Shown: in pieces, positions 42,218-51,064 of the stretch
How the letters are laid out: each line of letters begins with the position of its first letter
Numbering within the stretch: position 1 is the stretch's first letter
Source: Piscinibacter sp.
GTDB lineage: Bacteria > Pseudomonadota > Gammaproteobacteria > Burkholderiales > Burkholderiaceae_C
Length of the DNA stretch: 64,000 nt
Direction: 5' to 3'
NCBI GenBank assembly: GCA_044223035.1
Contig: JBGAMJ010000013.1
Span: 1,253 to 65,252, forward strand
The notes under the pieces: generated by a model
Seen by the model: only the letters and a program-made list of their open reading frames with translations
Told to the model about the DNA's origin: nothing
Databases searched by the model: none
Translations under genes and position numbers: made by a program

Positions 42218-42622
42218 ATGCATCGAGCGGCGGTGACGCTGCTGGCAGCGGCGCTGGCGGGATGCGGCCAGACCGAGGCTTCGACGGACGCTGTGAGTCT
42301 GGAGACGGCCCGGGCTGAGCACGAGGCCGGGCGCGCGGTGCTGATCGACATCCGGGAGCCCGAGGAACATGCCACCGGCGGCGTTGCAGCGGGCGCCAAG
42401 CTGCTGCCGATGCGGCAGTTGAACCAAAGGGGCCATGAGATCCCGACCCGTGCGGACCAGCCGGTGCTGCTGATCTGCAACACGCAGAACCGATCGAGCG
42501 CGACTCTGCGGGCACTGCGTGAACGGGGCTACGCCCACGTGCGCTATGTGAACGGCGGCATGAGCGAGTGGGCGCGCCGGGGATGGCCGATGGTGAAGCC
42601 TGCCGCTGGACCGGGGTCCTGA
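42218..42622 (+). CDS. rhodanese-domain lipoprotein (sulfurtransferase)
   Basis: 134 aa from ATG 42218. Lipobox LLAAALAGC; rhodanese active-site loop CNTQNRS; ...VLIDIREPEEH... Confidence 0.8.
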   Translation: MHRAAVTLLAAALAGCGQTEASTDAVSLETARAEHEAGRAVLIDIREPEEHATGGVAAGAKLLPMRQLNQRGHEIPTRADQPVLLICNTQNRSSATLRALRERGYAHVRYVNGGMSEWARRGWPMVKPAAGPGS

Positions 42623-42663
42623 CTCCTCCCCTGGACTTGAGCCCGTCATCTTCATCGGCACCC

Positions 42664-43392
42664 ATGCAGACCATACCGATCTATTGTCAGGACGGGGCCC
42701 ATCCCCAGGCGCGGGCCTGCGCCGCCTGCGAGGTGCGCAGCACGGCAATCTTCGGCGTGCTGGACGATGCGGGGCTGGACCGCATCCATACCCAGATCGC
42801 CACGCTGACCCTCGGGCCCGACGCCACGGTGTATGACCGCGGCACGGCTGGGCTGGCGGTGTTCACGATCCGCGAGGGCCTGGTGCGCTTCGAACGCAGC
42901 AGCGAACACGGCGATCGCCGCATCGTGCGCATTGCCGGCCGCGGCGATCTGATCGGCCAGGAAGCGCTGCTTCAACGTCCCTACGCCGATGACGCCATCG
43001 CCTGCACAGAGGTCCATCTGTGCCGCATACCGCGCGCCCTGGTCGATCAGCTGACCCAAGGCCGCGACGCGCTGCCGCGCGAACTGATGCTGCGCTGGCA
43101 GGGGGCGCTGGATGCTGCCGAAGCCTGGGTGTCGGACCTGTCCACGGGACCGGTGCGGCGCAGGCTGCTGCACCTGCTGAGGCGTCTGGGCGAACACGCA
43201 GGCCCCGACAGCACCATCTGGTTGCCGCGCCGCGAGGAGATCGGGGCGATGCTGGACATGACAGTGGAAACGGCCAGCCGTCTGGTCAGCGCCCTGCGTC
43301 GCGAAGGCGTGCTCACCCTGGCCCCGGGGCGCAGTGCGTTGCTCGACCGCGCCGCCTTGCGCCAGGCCTTGCTGGCCGAGGGCGCGGCGTGA
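42664..43392 (+). CDS. Crp/Fnr-family transcriptional regulator with an N-terminal cysteine cluster
   Basis: 242 aa. C8-x10-C19-x2-C22 (YCQDGAHPQARACAAC) precedes a cNMP-binding-like barrel, and there is a C-terminal HTH (REEIGAMLDMTVETASRLVSALRREG). Confidence 0.85.
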   Translation: MQTIPIYCQDGAHPQARACAACEVRSTAIFGVLDDAGLDRIHTQIATLTLGPDATVYDRGTAGLAVFTIREGLVRFERSSEHGDRRIVRIAGRGDLIGQEALLQRPYADDAIACTEVHLCRIPRALVDQLTQGRDALPRELMLRWQGALDAAEAWVSDLSTGPVRRRLLHLLRRLGEHAGPDSTIWLPRREEIGAMLDMTVETASRLVSALRREGVLTLAPGRSALLDRAALRQALLAEGAA

Positions 43393-43424
43393 TCCACCGA
43401 CTGGCTTTGCCGAGGCCCTGACGC

Positions 43425-44771
43425 ATGGCCACCGTCCTGCCCGAACTGGTGTCGTACCTGGAAGGCCTTCCTGAGCCGCACATCCTGTTCGACAGCCAGT
43501 ACCGCATCATCGCGGCCAACGCCGCCTACCGGCGCCAGTTCAGCCCGCAGGCCTCGGTGGTCGGGCGCACCTGCTACGAGGTGTCGCACCACTTCAGCCT
43601 GCCTTGTGACCAGGCGGGCGAGAGCTGTCCGCTGGCCCGCTCGCGCGAGTCGGGGCAGCGCGAGCGCGTGCTGCACCTGCATCACACGCCGCAGGGCGAG
43701 TCCTACGTCAACATCGAACTCGTGCCACTGCGCGACGGGCGTGGTGAGCAGGCCTACTTCATCGAAAAGATGGAGCCCTTGCGCGTGGCGCAGGGCCAGC
43801 CGGCAGCGCAGGGCCTGATCGGGCGCTCGCCGGCCTTTCAGCGCATGCTGGAACTGGTGTCGCGCGTCGGACCGTCGCAGGCCAGCGTGCTGCTGCTGGG
43901 TGAGTCGGGCACCGGCAAGGAACTGTTGGCGCAGGCCGTGCATGAAGCCAGCCCGCGAGCCGCCAATGCCCTGGTGGTGGTCGACTGCGCCAGCCTGCCG
44001 GAGACCTTGTTCGAGAGCGAACTCTTCGGCCACGAACGCGGTGCCTTCACGGGCGCCAACACCAGCAAGCCCGGACTGGTGGAGGCCGCCAGCGGCGGCA
44101 CCTTGTTCCTGGACGAGGTGGGCGACATTCCGCTGCCGATGCAGGTGAAGCTGCTGCGGCTGCTGGAGAGCGGCACCTACCGCCGCGTGGGCAGCACCGA
44201 GCTGCGGCGCACCGATGTGCGCGTGGTGGCAGCGACGCACCGGGACCTGAAGAGGATGGTCGCCGAGGGGCGCTTCCGCGAGGATCTCTACTACCGGCTG
44301 AGCACGTTCCCGATCACGCTCCCCGCTTTGCGGGACCGTGTCGAAGACATCCCTTTGCTGGCGGTGGCCTTGCTGGCACGGGTGGCGCCGCAGCGCCGGA
44401 TGTCACTGTCCACCGGCGCACTGGCGGTGCTGCAGCGCCATGCGTTCCCGGGCAATGTGCGGGAGCTGCGCAATGTGCTGGAGCGTGCCGCCCTGCTGGC
44501 CGATGGCGCCAGCATCGAGCCCGTGCATGTGGAGCGCGCCCTGGGCTCCGATGAGCCCGCTTCCGCCAGGCGCGCCTCAGGCCCAGCATCGCCCGAAAGC
44601 CTGGCCGCGTCGGCAACCGACGCGTCGCTGCGAAGCGTGGAGCGCGCAGCTTTGCAGGCCCAGCTCAAGGCTCACCGCGGCAGCCGCGCCGAACTGGCAC
44701 GAAAGCTCGGCATCAGCGAACGCTCGCTGTATCGCAAGCTGCGCGACATCGACCAGGAGCCGCCCGCCTGA
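43425..44771 (+). CDS. sigma-54-dependent Fis-family activator, FisR-like (PAS-like Cys-rich sensor + AAA+ + HTH)
   Basis: 448 aa. Sensor region with C50-x10-C61-x6-C68; AAA+ core ([14 protein letters not shown], the sigma-54 contact loop [22 protein letters not shown]); C-terminal HTH ([16 protein letters not shown]). Confidence 0.9.
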   Translation: MATVLPELVSYLEGLPEPHILFDSQYRIIAANAAYRRQFSPQASVVGRTCYEVSHHFSLPCDQAGESCPLARSRESGQRERVLHLHHTPQGESYVNIELVPLRDGRGEQAYFIEKMEPLRVAQGQPAAQGLIGRSPAFQRMLELVSRVGPSQASVLLLGESGTGKELLAQAVHEASPRAANALVVVDCASLPETLFESELFGHERGAFTGANTSKPGLVEAASGGTLFLDEVGDIPLPMQVKLLRLLESGTYRRVGSTELRRTDVRVVAATHRDLKRMVAEGRFREDLYYRLSTFPITLPALRDRVEDIPLLAVALLARVAPQRRMSLSTGALAVLQRHAFPGNVRELRNVLERAALLADGASIEPVHVERALGSDEPASARRASGPASPESLAASATDASLRSVERAALQAQLKAHRGSRAELARKLGISERSLYRKLRDIDQEPPA

Positions 44772-44794
44772 GGGCGGCGGCCAGGCTGCATCGG

Positions 44795-45037
44795 TCAGCT
44801 CTTAGGCGTGCCGGCGAACTTGTCGAAGGCCTTGATGGCGCTGGCGGCATACATGAGTGACGGCCCGCCACCCATGTAGACAGCCACGCCGAGGGTTTCG
44901 TGGACCTCCTGGCGAGTGGCTCCCAGCTTGGCCAGCGCCTGGGTGTGAAAGCCGATGCACGGGTCGCAGCGCACCGCCACGCTCAAGGCCAGGGCGATCA
45001 ACTCCTTGGTCTTCTTGTCGAGTTCATACCGCTGCTT
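44795..45037 (-). pseudogene. 5'-truncated carboxymuconolactone decarboxylase (AhpD-like) family gene
   Basis: ...ELDKKTKE(L)IALALSVAVRCDPCIGFHTQALAKLGATRQEV...GGGPSLMYA... contains the CxxC core. An in-frame TAA at 45038-45040 removes about 45 N-terminal codons; only a TTG start remains. Confidence 0.6.
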
Positions 45038-45318
45038 TTAGACGGCGTTCGCACCGCTGCCGACACGGCTGCCCTGAAGGTCGGCTATCTGGCACCGAAG
45101 CGAACTGTCAGTTCCGGCCAGGAGCGGCCGTTGGCGACGGTCCGGTCCCCGGCACTCTGGTCTTGTGGTCGTCTCGGCCCTGCAGGCCAAATCCAAGCTG
45201 CCTCATAGTCGTTCGTTGCCCGGCTCGGCTTCACGCGCTACGCGGGTCGGTCGGTGCCTTGAGAACGCTCAAGACTCGCAGGCGCGGCCACGTCAATATC
45301 CGCCGGATGGACCGCTGC

Positions 45319-45732
45319 TCAGGCCTTGCTCCGCCCCCGCTTGACCGCCGGCTGTACGCTGCGCACGAAGGCGCGGTGGTCGCCGGCCGCGCGCTCCAGC
45401 TGGCGCGCGATGCTGCCGCAGACCAGGTCGCACAGCGCATACACCGACGCGTCGGCGATGCGGTAGTACACGGCGGTGCCACGGCTTTCGCGCTCCACCA
45501 GGCCGTGCTGCATCAGCAGCGCCAGGTGGCGCGAGATGTTGGCCGAGGTGTAGCCCGTGGCTTGGGCCAGCTCGCCCACGTTGCGCTCGCCGCTGCGCAG
45601 CAGGTTGAGGATCTGCAGGCGCGTCGGCTCCGACAGCGCCTGGAAGTACGCCGCCACCTGGTTCAGCGCCTCCGGGGGCAAGCCTTCCATGCTCGGACAC
45701 GAGGGAGTGGTCGAAGCGGAATCATGCCTCAT
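45319..45732 (-). CDS. ArsR/SmtB-family transcriptional regulator
   Basis: FQALSEPTRLQILNLLRSGERNVGELAQATGYTSANISRHLALLMQHGLVERESRGTAVYYRI is a classic ArsR wHTH. C-terminal cysteine pair in ALCDLVCGS. The start may be the internal MEGLPPE. Confidence 0.85.
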   Translation of the reverse strand: MRHDSASTTPSCPSMEGLPPEALNQVAAYFQALSEPTRLQILNLLRSGERNVGELAQATGYTSANISRHLALLMQHGLVERESRGTAVYYRIADASVYALCDLVCGSIARQLERAAGDHRAFVRSVQPAVKRGRSKA

Positions 45733-45757
45733 CGCGAGCCGCCTTGAAAAAAGCTGA

Positions 45758-45773
45758 TCAAGTAGCTACTTGA
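45758..45773. promoter_or_regulatory. perfect 16-bp palindrome TCAAGTAGCTACTTGA (operator candidate) overlapping a -35 box
   Basis: Lies in the 82-bp AT-rich gap between the divergent arsR-like and RND-adaptor genes. TTGACT (45770-45775), 17 bp, then AATACT (45793-45798) forms a plus-strand sigma-70 promoter candidate. Confidence 0.5.
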
Positions 45774-45814
45774 CTGTTTACCTATCTAGCTAAATACTAC
45801 AACACATCGAACCG

Positions 45815-46948
45815 ATGTCACAGCCCCGCATGCAACGGATGAACCAAGCAACCCACGCGCTCGCCGCGGCCGGCGCCACCCTTGCGGCCGCCGCGGCGCT
45901 GGCCTTTGCCCTGGCAGGCGCCGTGCCCTCGCTGGCCGCCGACGCCCCACTGGCCACCGCACCGGTGGCCGCTTCCTCCGCTGCCGGCGCCACCGCCTTC
46001 GACGGCGTGGTGCAGGCGGTGCGGCAGACCGTGCTGGCCGCGCAGGTGCCCGGCGCGGTGGTGGCGCTCGACGTCAAGGCCGGCGAGCGGGTGAAGACCG
46101 GCCAGGTGCTGCTGCGGCTCGACGCGCGCGCGGCCGAGCAGCAGGCCGGCGCCGCCGCCGCGCAGGTGCAGGCCGCGCGCGCCGCGCAGGAGGCCGCCAC
46201 CAAGGAGTTCGAGCGCCAGAAGCTTCTCTTCCAGAAGCACTACATCAGCCAGGCCGCGCTGGACCGCGCCGAGGCGCAGTACAAGGCCGCCCAGGCCGGC
46301 GCCGCCGCGCAGCTGGCCGAGGCCGGCGCCATGCGCACGCAATCCGGCTTCTACGTGGTGAAGGCGCCCTACGCGGGCGTGGTGTCGGAGGTGTCGGTGG
46401 TGCTGGGCGACATGGCCATGCCGGGCCGCCCGCTGCTGACGGTGTACGACCCCGCCGCCTTGCGCGTGAGCGCCGCGGTGCCGCAGACGGCTGCCGCGCG
46501 GCTGGGCACGCCCATCGAGCCGCAAACTGCATCGCCACCGGGATCGCCCGCGGCGCCGCAACCCATGCCGCAGGTGGAGCTGCCTGGCGCGGCGCCGGCG
46601 CGGATCGCGCCCACGCACTGGCAGCTGATGCCCTCGGTGGACCCGGCCACCCACACGCAGGAGCTGCGGCTGGACCTGCCCGCGGGCCTGAATGCCAGCC
46701 CCGGCATGTTCGCCCGCGCCTGGCTGCCGGGCGGTGCCGGCGAGGCGCCGCGCCTGGCCGTGCCGGCCGCCGTGGTGGTGCGCCGGGCCGAGCTGACCGC
46801 GGTGTACGTGGTGGCGCCCGACGGCAAGCCGCTGCTGCGCCAGGTGCGCCTGGGCCGCGCGAGCGGCGAGCAGGTGGAGGTGCTCGCCGGGCTGGCCGCC
46901 GGCGAGCGCGTGGCGCTGGATCCGCAGGCCGCGGCCCGGGTGCGCTGA
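45815..46948 (+). CDS. RND efflux periplasmic adaptor (membrane fusion protein)
   Basis: 377 aa with signal/anchor, a coiled-coil hairpin (AAEQQAGAAAAQVQAARAAQEAATKEFERQKLLFQKHYISQAALDRAEAQYKAAQAG) and beta-barrel domains. Its last base overlaps the RND gene start. Confidence 0.9.
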   Translation: MSQPRMQRMNQATHALAAAGATLAAAAALAFALAGAVPSLAADAPLATAPVAASSAAGATAFDGVVQAVRQTVLAAQVPGAVVALDVKAGERVKTGQVLLRLDARAAEQQAGAAAAQVQAARAAQEAATKEFERQKLLFQKHYISQAALDRAEAQYKAAQAGAAAQLAEAGAMRTQSGFYVVKAPYAGVVSEVSVVLGDMAMPGRPLLTVYDPAALRVSAAVPQTAAARLGTPIEPQTASPPGSPAAPQPMPQVELPGAAPARIAPTHWQLMPSVDPATHTQELRLDLPAGLNASPGMFARAWLPGGAGEAPRLAVPAAVVVRRAELTAVYVVAPDGKPLLRQVRLGRASGEQVEVLAGLAAGERVALDPQAAARVR

Positions 46949-49900
46949 TGGAACCGATGGGCATCTCCGGCCGCATCGCGCGCTACTTCCAGGCCGCGCA
47001 GATCACGCCGCTGCTGGCGCTGGTGGCGCTGCTGCTGGGCGTGTTCGCGGTACTGGTCACGCCGCGCGAGGAGGAGCCGCAGATCAACGTGACCATGGCC
47101 AACGTGCTGATCCCGTTTCCCGGCGCCTCGGTGAAGGACGTGGAGCAGATGGTGGCGGTGCCGGCCGAGCAGGTGCTGTCCCAGATCGCGGGCACCGAGC
47201 ACGTGATGAGCGTGTCGCGGCCGGGGCTGGCGATCGTCACCGTGCAGTTCAAGGTGGGCGTGCCGCGCACCGAGGCGCTGGTGCGGCTGTACGACACGGT
47301 GAACGCCAACGCCGACTGGCTGCCCCGGGGCCTGGGCGTGGGCGAGCCGCTGATCAAGCCCAAGGGCATCGACGACGTGCCCATCGTCACGCTCACGCTG
47401 CACACGAAAGACCCGCTGGGCAGCGCCTTCGACCTGGAGCGGGTGGCGCACACGCTGGAAGCAGAGCTGAAGCGCGTGCCCGGCACGCGCGAGATCAACA
47501 CGATCGGCGGCCCGGGCCGCGCGGTGCGGGTGGAGATCGACCCCGCACGCATGGCCGGCGCCGGCGTCACCGTGGCCGAGCTGCGGCAGGCGCTGCAATC
47601 GGCCAACCTCGGTGCGCCGATGGGCGATCTGCTGGGCGGCGACCGCGCGGTGGCGCTGGAGGCCGGCCCCTACCTGCGCGATGCGCGCGACGTGGGCGAG
47701 CTGGTGGTGAGCGTGCGCGGCGGCAAGCCGGTGTTCCTGCAGGACGTGGCCCGGGTGGTCGACGGGCCGCTGCCGCCGCAGCGCTATGCGTGGTTCGGCG
47801 ACAAGGCCGGCGAGGCACCGGCCGTGACGATCGCCATCACCAAGAAGCCCGGCGAGAACGCGATCACTGTGGCCGACGCGGTGATGCAGCGGGTGCAGGC
47901 CGTGCGCAACACGCTGGTGCCCGCCAGCGTGGAGGTGCGCGAGACGCGCAACTACGGCGCCACCGCAAACGACAAGGCGATGAAGCTGATCCAGAAGCTG
48001 CTCTTCGCCACCGCCTCGGTGGTGGCGCTGGTGTTCATCGCGCTGGGCCGGCGCGAAGCGGCGATCGTGGGCAGCGCGGTGATCCTCACGCTCACGGTCA
48101 CGCTCTTCGCCTCCTGGGCCTGGGGCTTCACGCTCAACCGCGTGTCGTTGTTCGCGCTGATCTTCTCGATCGGCATCCTGGTCGATGACGCGATCGTGGT
48201 GGTGGAAAACATTCATCGCCACCTGGCGATGAATGTTTCGGCGCAGGCTGACTTGGCCAAAGGCCAAGTTAAGGACGCGCAAGCGTCCGGCCGGAGGCAA
48301 AACATCCTGGTCGAAGTCATTCCGCGCGCGGTGGACGAGGTGGGCGGCCCCACCATCCTCGCCACGCTGACCGTGATCGCGGCGCTGCTGCCGATGGCTT
48401 TCGTGTCGGGGCTGATGGGCCCGTACATGAGCCCCATCCCCATCAACGCGAGCATGGGCATGCTGCTCTCGCTGGCCATCGCGTTCGTCGTCACGCCGTG
48501 GCTCTCGCGGCTGTGGATGAAGCACACGGGCCACGGCCATGCTGAAGGCAAGGGCCTGGCCGCGAAGCTCGGCCCCTTGTTCGACCGCGTGTTCCGCCCT
48601 CTGCTCGACAACCAGCGCGGCGCGCGCAACCGGGCCTTGCTGGGCGCCGGCGTCGCGGGGCTGATCGCCCTGTCCCTCGCGCTGCCGGTGCTGGGCCTCG
48701 TGGTGCTGAAGATGCTGCCCTTCGACAACAAGTCGGAGTTCCAGGTGGTGGTGGACATGCCCGCCGGCACGCCGGTGGAGCGCACGGGAGCGGCCCTGCG
48801 CGAGATGGGCGCCTACCTCGCGCGCCAGCCGGAGGTGACCGACTACCAGGCCTATGCCGGCACGGCCGCGCCGATCAACTTCAACGGCCTGGTGCGGCAG
48901 TACTACCTGCGCACCGGCGGTGAGGTGGGCGACCTGCAGGTGAACCTGGTCGACAAGCACCAGCGCAGCGAGCAGAGCCATGCCATCGCCACGCGGCTGC
49001 GCCCGGCGCTGCAGAAGATCGGCCGCCGCCACGGCGCCAACGTGAAGGTGGTGGAGGTGCCGCCCGGGCCGCCGGTGCTCTCACCCATCGTGGCCGAGGT
49101 GTACGGGCCGGAGGCCGAGGGCCGGCGCCAGGTGGCGCAGGCGGTGCGCAATGTGTTCGAGCAGACGCCCGGCGTGGTGGACGTGGACGCCTCGGGCATC
49201 GCCGACGCGTCGCGCAGGCTGCTGCTGGTCGACCGCCGCAAGGCCGCGCTGCTGGGCGTGCCGCAGGCCGCGATCGTGAGCACGCTGCGCGCAGGCCTGG
49301 CCGGCGAGGCCACCGCCTACCTGCACGACCAGAGCAAGTACCCCGCGGCCGCCACGATCCAGCTGCCGGCCGAAAGCCACGGCGACCTGAACACGCTGCT
49401 GCAGCTGGGCGTGCGCGGCGCGGCTGGCCAGATCGTGCCCGTCCGTGAGCTGGTGACGGTGATCGACACGCTGCGTGAGCAGCCCGCGTTCCACAAGGAC
49501 GGGCTGCCGGTGCACTACGTGGTGGGCGACATGGCCGGCGCGGTGGACAGCCCGCTGTACGGCATGTTCAAGATGCGCAGCGCCCTCGCCGCTATCCCAA
49601 CGCCGGGCGGTGGCAGCTTGGGCGAAACCTTCATCCGGCAGCCCGCCGACGCCTGGCGCGACTACGCGATCAAGTGGGACGGCGAGTGGCAGATCACCTA
49701 CGAGACCTTCCGCGACATGGGCGCGGCATATGCGGTGGGCCTGATCCTGATCTACCTGCTGGTGGTGGCGCAGTTCGGCTCGTACCTCACGCCGCTGATC
49801 ATCATGGCGCCGATCCCGCTGACCATTGTGGGCGTGATGCCGGGCCACGCGCTGCTGGGCGCGCCCTTCACCGCCACCAGCATGATCGGCATGATCGCGC

Positions 49901-50238
49901 TGGCCGGGATCATCGTGCGCAACTCGATCCTGCTGGTGGACTTCATCCGCCTGCAGGTGGCGCAGGGCATGCCGCTGAAGGAAGCGGTGGTGCGCTCGGC
50001 CGCCACGCGCGCTCAGCCCATCCTGCTGACCGGCCTGGCCGCGATGCTGGGCGCGCTCTTCATCCTCGACGACCCGATCTTCAACGGGTTGGCGATTTCG
50101 CTGATCTTCGGCATCTTCGTGAGCACCGTGCTCACGCTGGTGGTGATCCCGCTGCTGTATTTCGTGGCCTACCGGCGGCAGCTGGTGCCCGCCTCCCCTT
50201 CCTCATCCTCCTCGACTCCTGAAGGAGCACACGCATGA
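46948..50238 (+). CDS. RND efflux transporter permease (AcrB/CzcA superfamily)
   Basis: 1096 aa with 12-TM RND architecture and two large periplasmic loops (...FSIGILVDDAIVVVENIHRH..., ...IALAGIIVRNSILLVDF...). Confidence 0.95.
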   Translation: MEPMGISGRIARYFQAAQITPLLALVALLLGVFAVLVTPREEEPQINVTMANVLIPFPGASVKDVEQMVAVPAEQVLSQIAGTEHVMSVSRPGLAIVTVQFKVGVPRTEALVRLYDTVNANADWLPRGLGVGEPLIKPKGIDDVPIVTLTLHTKDPLGSAFDLERVAHTLEAELKRVPGTREINTIGGPGRAVRVEIDPARMAGAGVTVAELRQALQSANLGAPMGDLLGGDRAVALEAGPYLRDARDVGELVVSVRGGKPVFLQDVARVVDGPLPPQRYAWFGDKAGEAPAVTIAITKKPGENAITVADAVMQRVQAVRNTLVPASVEVRETRNYGATANDKAMKLIQKLLFATASVVALVFIALGRREAAIVGSAVILTLTVTLFASWAWGFTLNRVSLFALIFSIGILVDDAIVVVENIHRHLAMNVSAQADLAKGQVKDAQASGRRQNILVEVIPRAVDEVGGPTILATLTVIAALLPMAFVSGLMGPYMSPIPINASMGMLLSLAIAFVVTPWLSRLWMKHTGHGHAEGKGLAAKLGPLFDRVFRPLLDNQRGARNRALLGAGVAGLIALSLALPVLGLVVLKMLPFDNKSEFQVVVDMPAGTPVERTGAALREMGAYLARQPEVTDYQAYAGTAAPINFNGLVRQYYLRTGGEVGDLQVNLVDKHQRSEQSHAIATRLRPALQKIGRRHGANVKVVEVPPGPPVLSPIVAEVYGPEAEGRRQVAQAVRNVFEQTPGVVDVDASGIADASRRLLLVDRRKAALLGVPQAAIVSTLRAGLAGEATAYLHDQSKYPAAATIQLPAESHGDLNTLLQLGVRGAAGQIVPVRELVTVIDTLREQPAFHKDGLPVHYVVGDMAGAVDSPLYGMFKMRSALAAIPTPGGGSLGETFIRQPADAWRDYAIKWDGEWQITYETFRDMGAAYAVGLILIYLLVVAQFGSYLTPLIIMAPIPLTIVGVMPGHALLGAPFTATSMIGMIALAGIIVRNSILLVDFIRLQVAQGMPLKEAVVRSAATRAQPILLTGLAAMLGALFILDDPIFNGLAISLIFGIFVSTVLTLVVIPLLYFVAYRRQLVPASPSSSSSTPEGAHA

Positions 50239-50444
50239 CCTCGTGGCAACTGGTCCGCCTGTTCGCCGGCCTGTTCATCCTGCTCTCGCTCGCGCTGGGC
50301 GTGCCTGGCAGCCCGCTGTACGTGAGCAGCTGGTGGTTGGGCTTCACCGCCTTCGTGGGCGCGAACCTGCTGCAGAGCTCGTTCACACGCTGGTGCCCGC
50401 TGGAGATCGTCCTGCGCAAGCTCGGCGTGAAGGCCGGCTGCTGA
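50235..50444 (+). CDS. DUF2892 (YgaP C-terminal-like) small membrane protein
   Basis: 69 aa: RLFAGLFILLSLALG...GFTAFVGANLLQSSFTRWCPLEIVLRKLG, a typical DUF2892 two-helix hairpin with a conserved Cys. ATGA overlap with the RND gene stop. Confidence 0.75.
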   Translation: MTSWQLVRLFAGLFILLSLALGVPGSPLYVSSWWLGFTAFVGANLLQSSFTRWCPLEIVLRKLGVKAGC

Positions 50445-50461
50445 CATGGACCACCCCCGCA

Positions 50462-50490
50462 GCGCCTGCGGCGCTTCCCCCTCAAGGGGG
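50462..50490. repeat. pair of short GC hairpins (REP-like)
   Basis: GCGCC-TGC-GGCGC (50462-50474) and CCCCC-TCAA-GGGGG (50477-50490) in the 183-bp gap before trxC. No T-tract follows. Confidence 0.4.
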
Positions 50491-50627
50491 CGTCGCCAGC
50501 GGACCGGCAGAGCCGGATCCGCGGCGGCCGCCGGGCTGCGGCCGCTGCACGCGGCGCAGAGTTCGCGGGCGGGGCGAAGCACAACGCGGCTGGACGACTG
50601 AACGTCCGTCATCAAAGGAAGACCACC

Positions 50628-51053
50628 ATGCAACTCGTCTGTCCTTCCTGCGGCACCAAGAACCGCGTGCCCGACGAACGCCTCGGTGATGAGCCCGCGT
50701 GCGGCCGCTGCGGCTCGGCGCTGATGGCGCCGGAGCCCGTGGCGCTGGACGACGCGCGCTTCTTTCCCTTCATCGAAGGCACCGAGCTGCCGGTGCTGGT
50801 GGACTACTGGGCCGACTGGTGCGGGCCCTGCAAGATGATGGCGCCGCAGTTCGAGGCCGCGGCCGCGCAGTTGCCGCAGGTGCGCTTTGCGAAAGTGGAC
50901 ACCGAGGCCTCGCCCAAGGTCAGCGTGCGGCACCGCATCCGCAGCATTCCGACGATGGTGCTGTTCCACCGCGGGCAGGAGGTGGCGCGCCGCTCTGGTG
51001 CCATGCCGGCGAACGAGATCGTGAACTGGGTGCGCCAGCAACTGGGCGCGTGA
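50628..51053 (+). CDS. trxC: thioredoxin 2 (zinc-finger N-terminus)
   Basis: 141 aa: CPSCGTKN...CGRCGS zinc-finger motifs followed by WADWCGPCKMMAP. Confidence 0.9.
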   Translation: MQLVCPSCGTKNRVPDERLGDEPACGRCGSALMAPEPVALDDARFFPFIEGTELPVLVDYWADWCGPCKMMAPQFEAAAAQLPQVRFAKVDTEASPKVSVRHRIRSIPTMVLFHRGQEVARRSGAMPANEIVNWVRQQLGA

Positions 51054-51064
51054 AGGATGCGGCC

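Noticed and set aside
44795-45001. 68-aa CMD-family ORF as an intact small gene
   Set aside because: Homology continues upstream of its TTG (ELDKKTKE) and is cut by an in-frame TAA, with about 45 N-terminal codons missing. Called a truncated remnant.
46369-49032. 887-aa minus-strand ORF inside the RND gene. Similar cases: 59438..62935 (+, 1165 aa), 60774..62990 (-), 52350..53876 (-) and 38940..41744 (-)
   Set aside because: All overlap genes with unambiguous family signatures on the other strand or frame (RND permease, liv genes, sqr, cydAB) and show GC-artefact composition.
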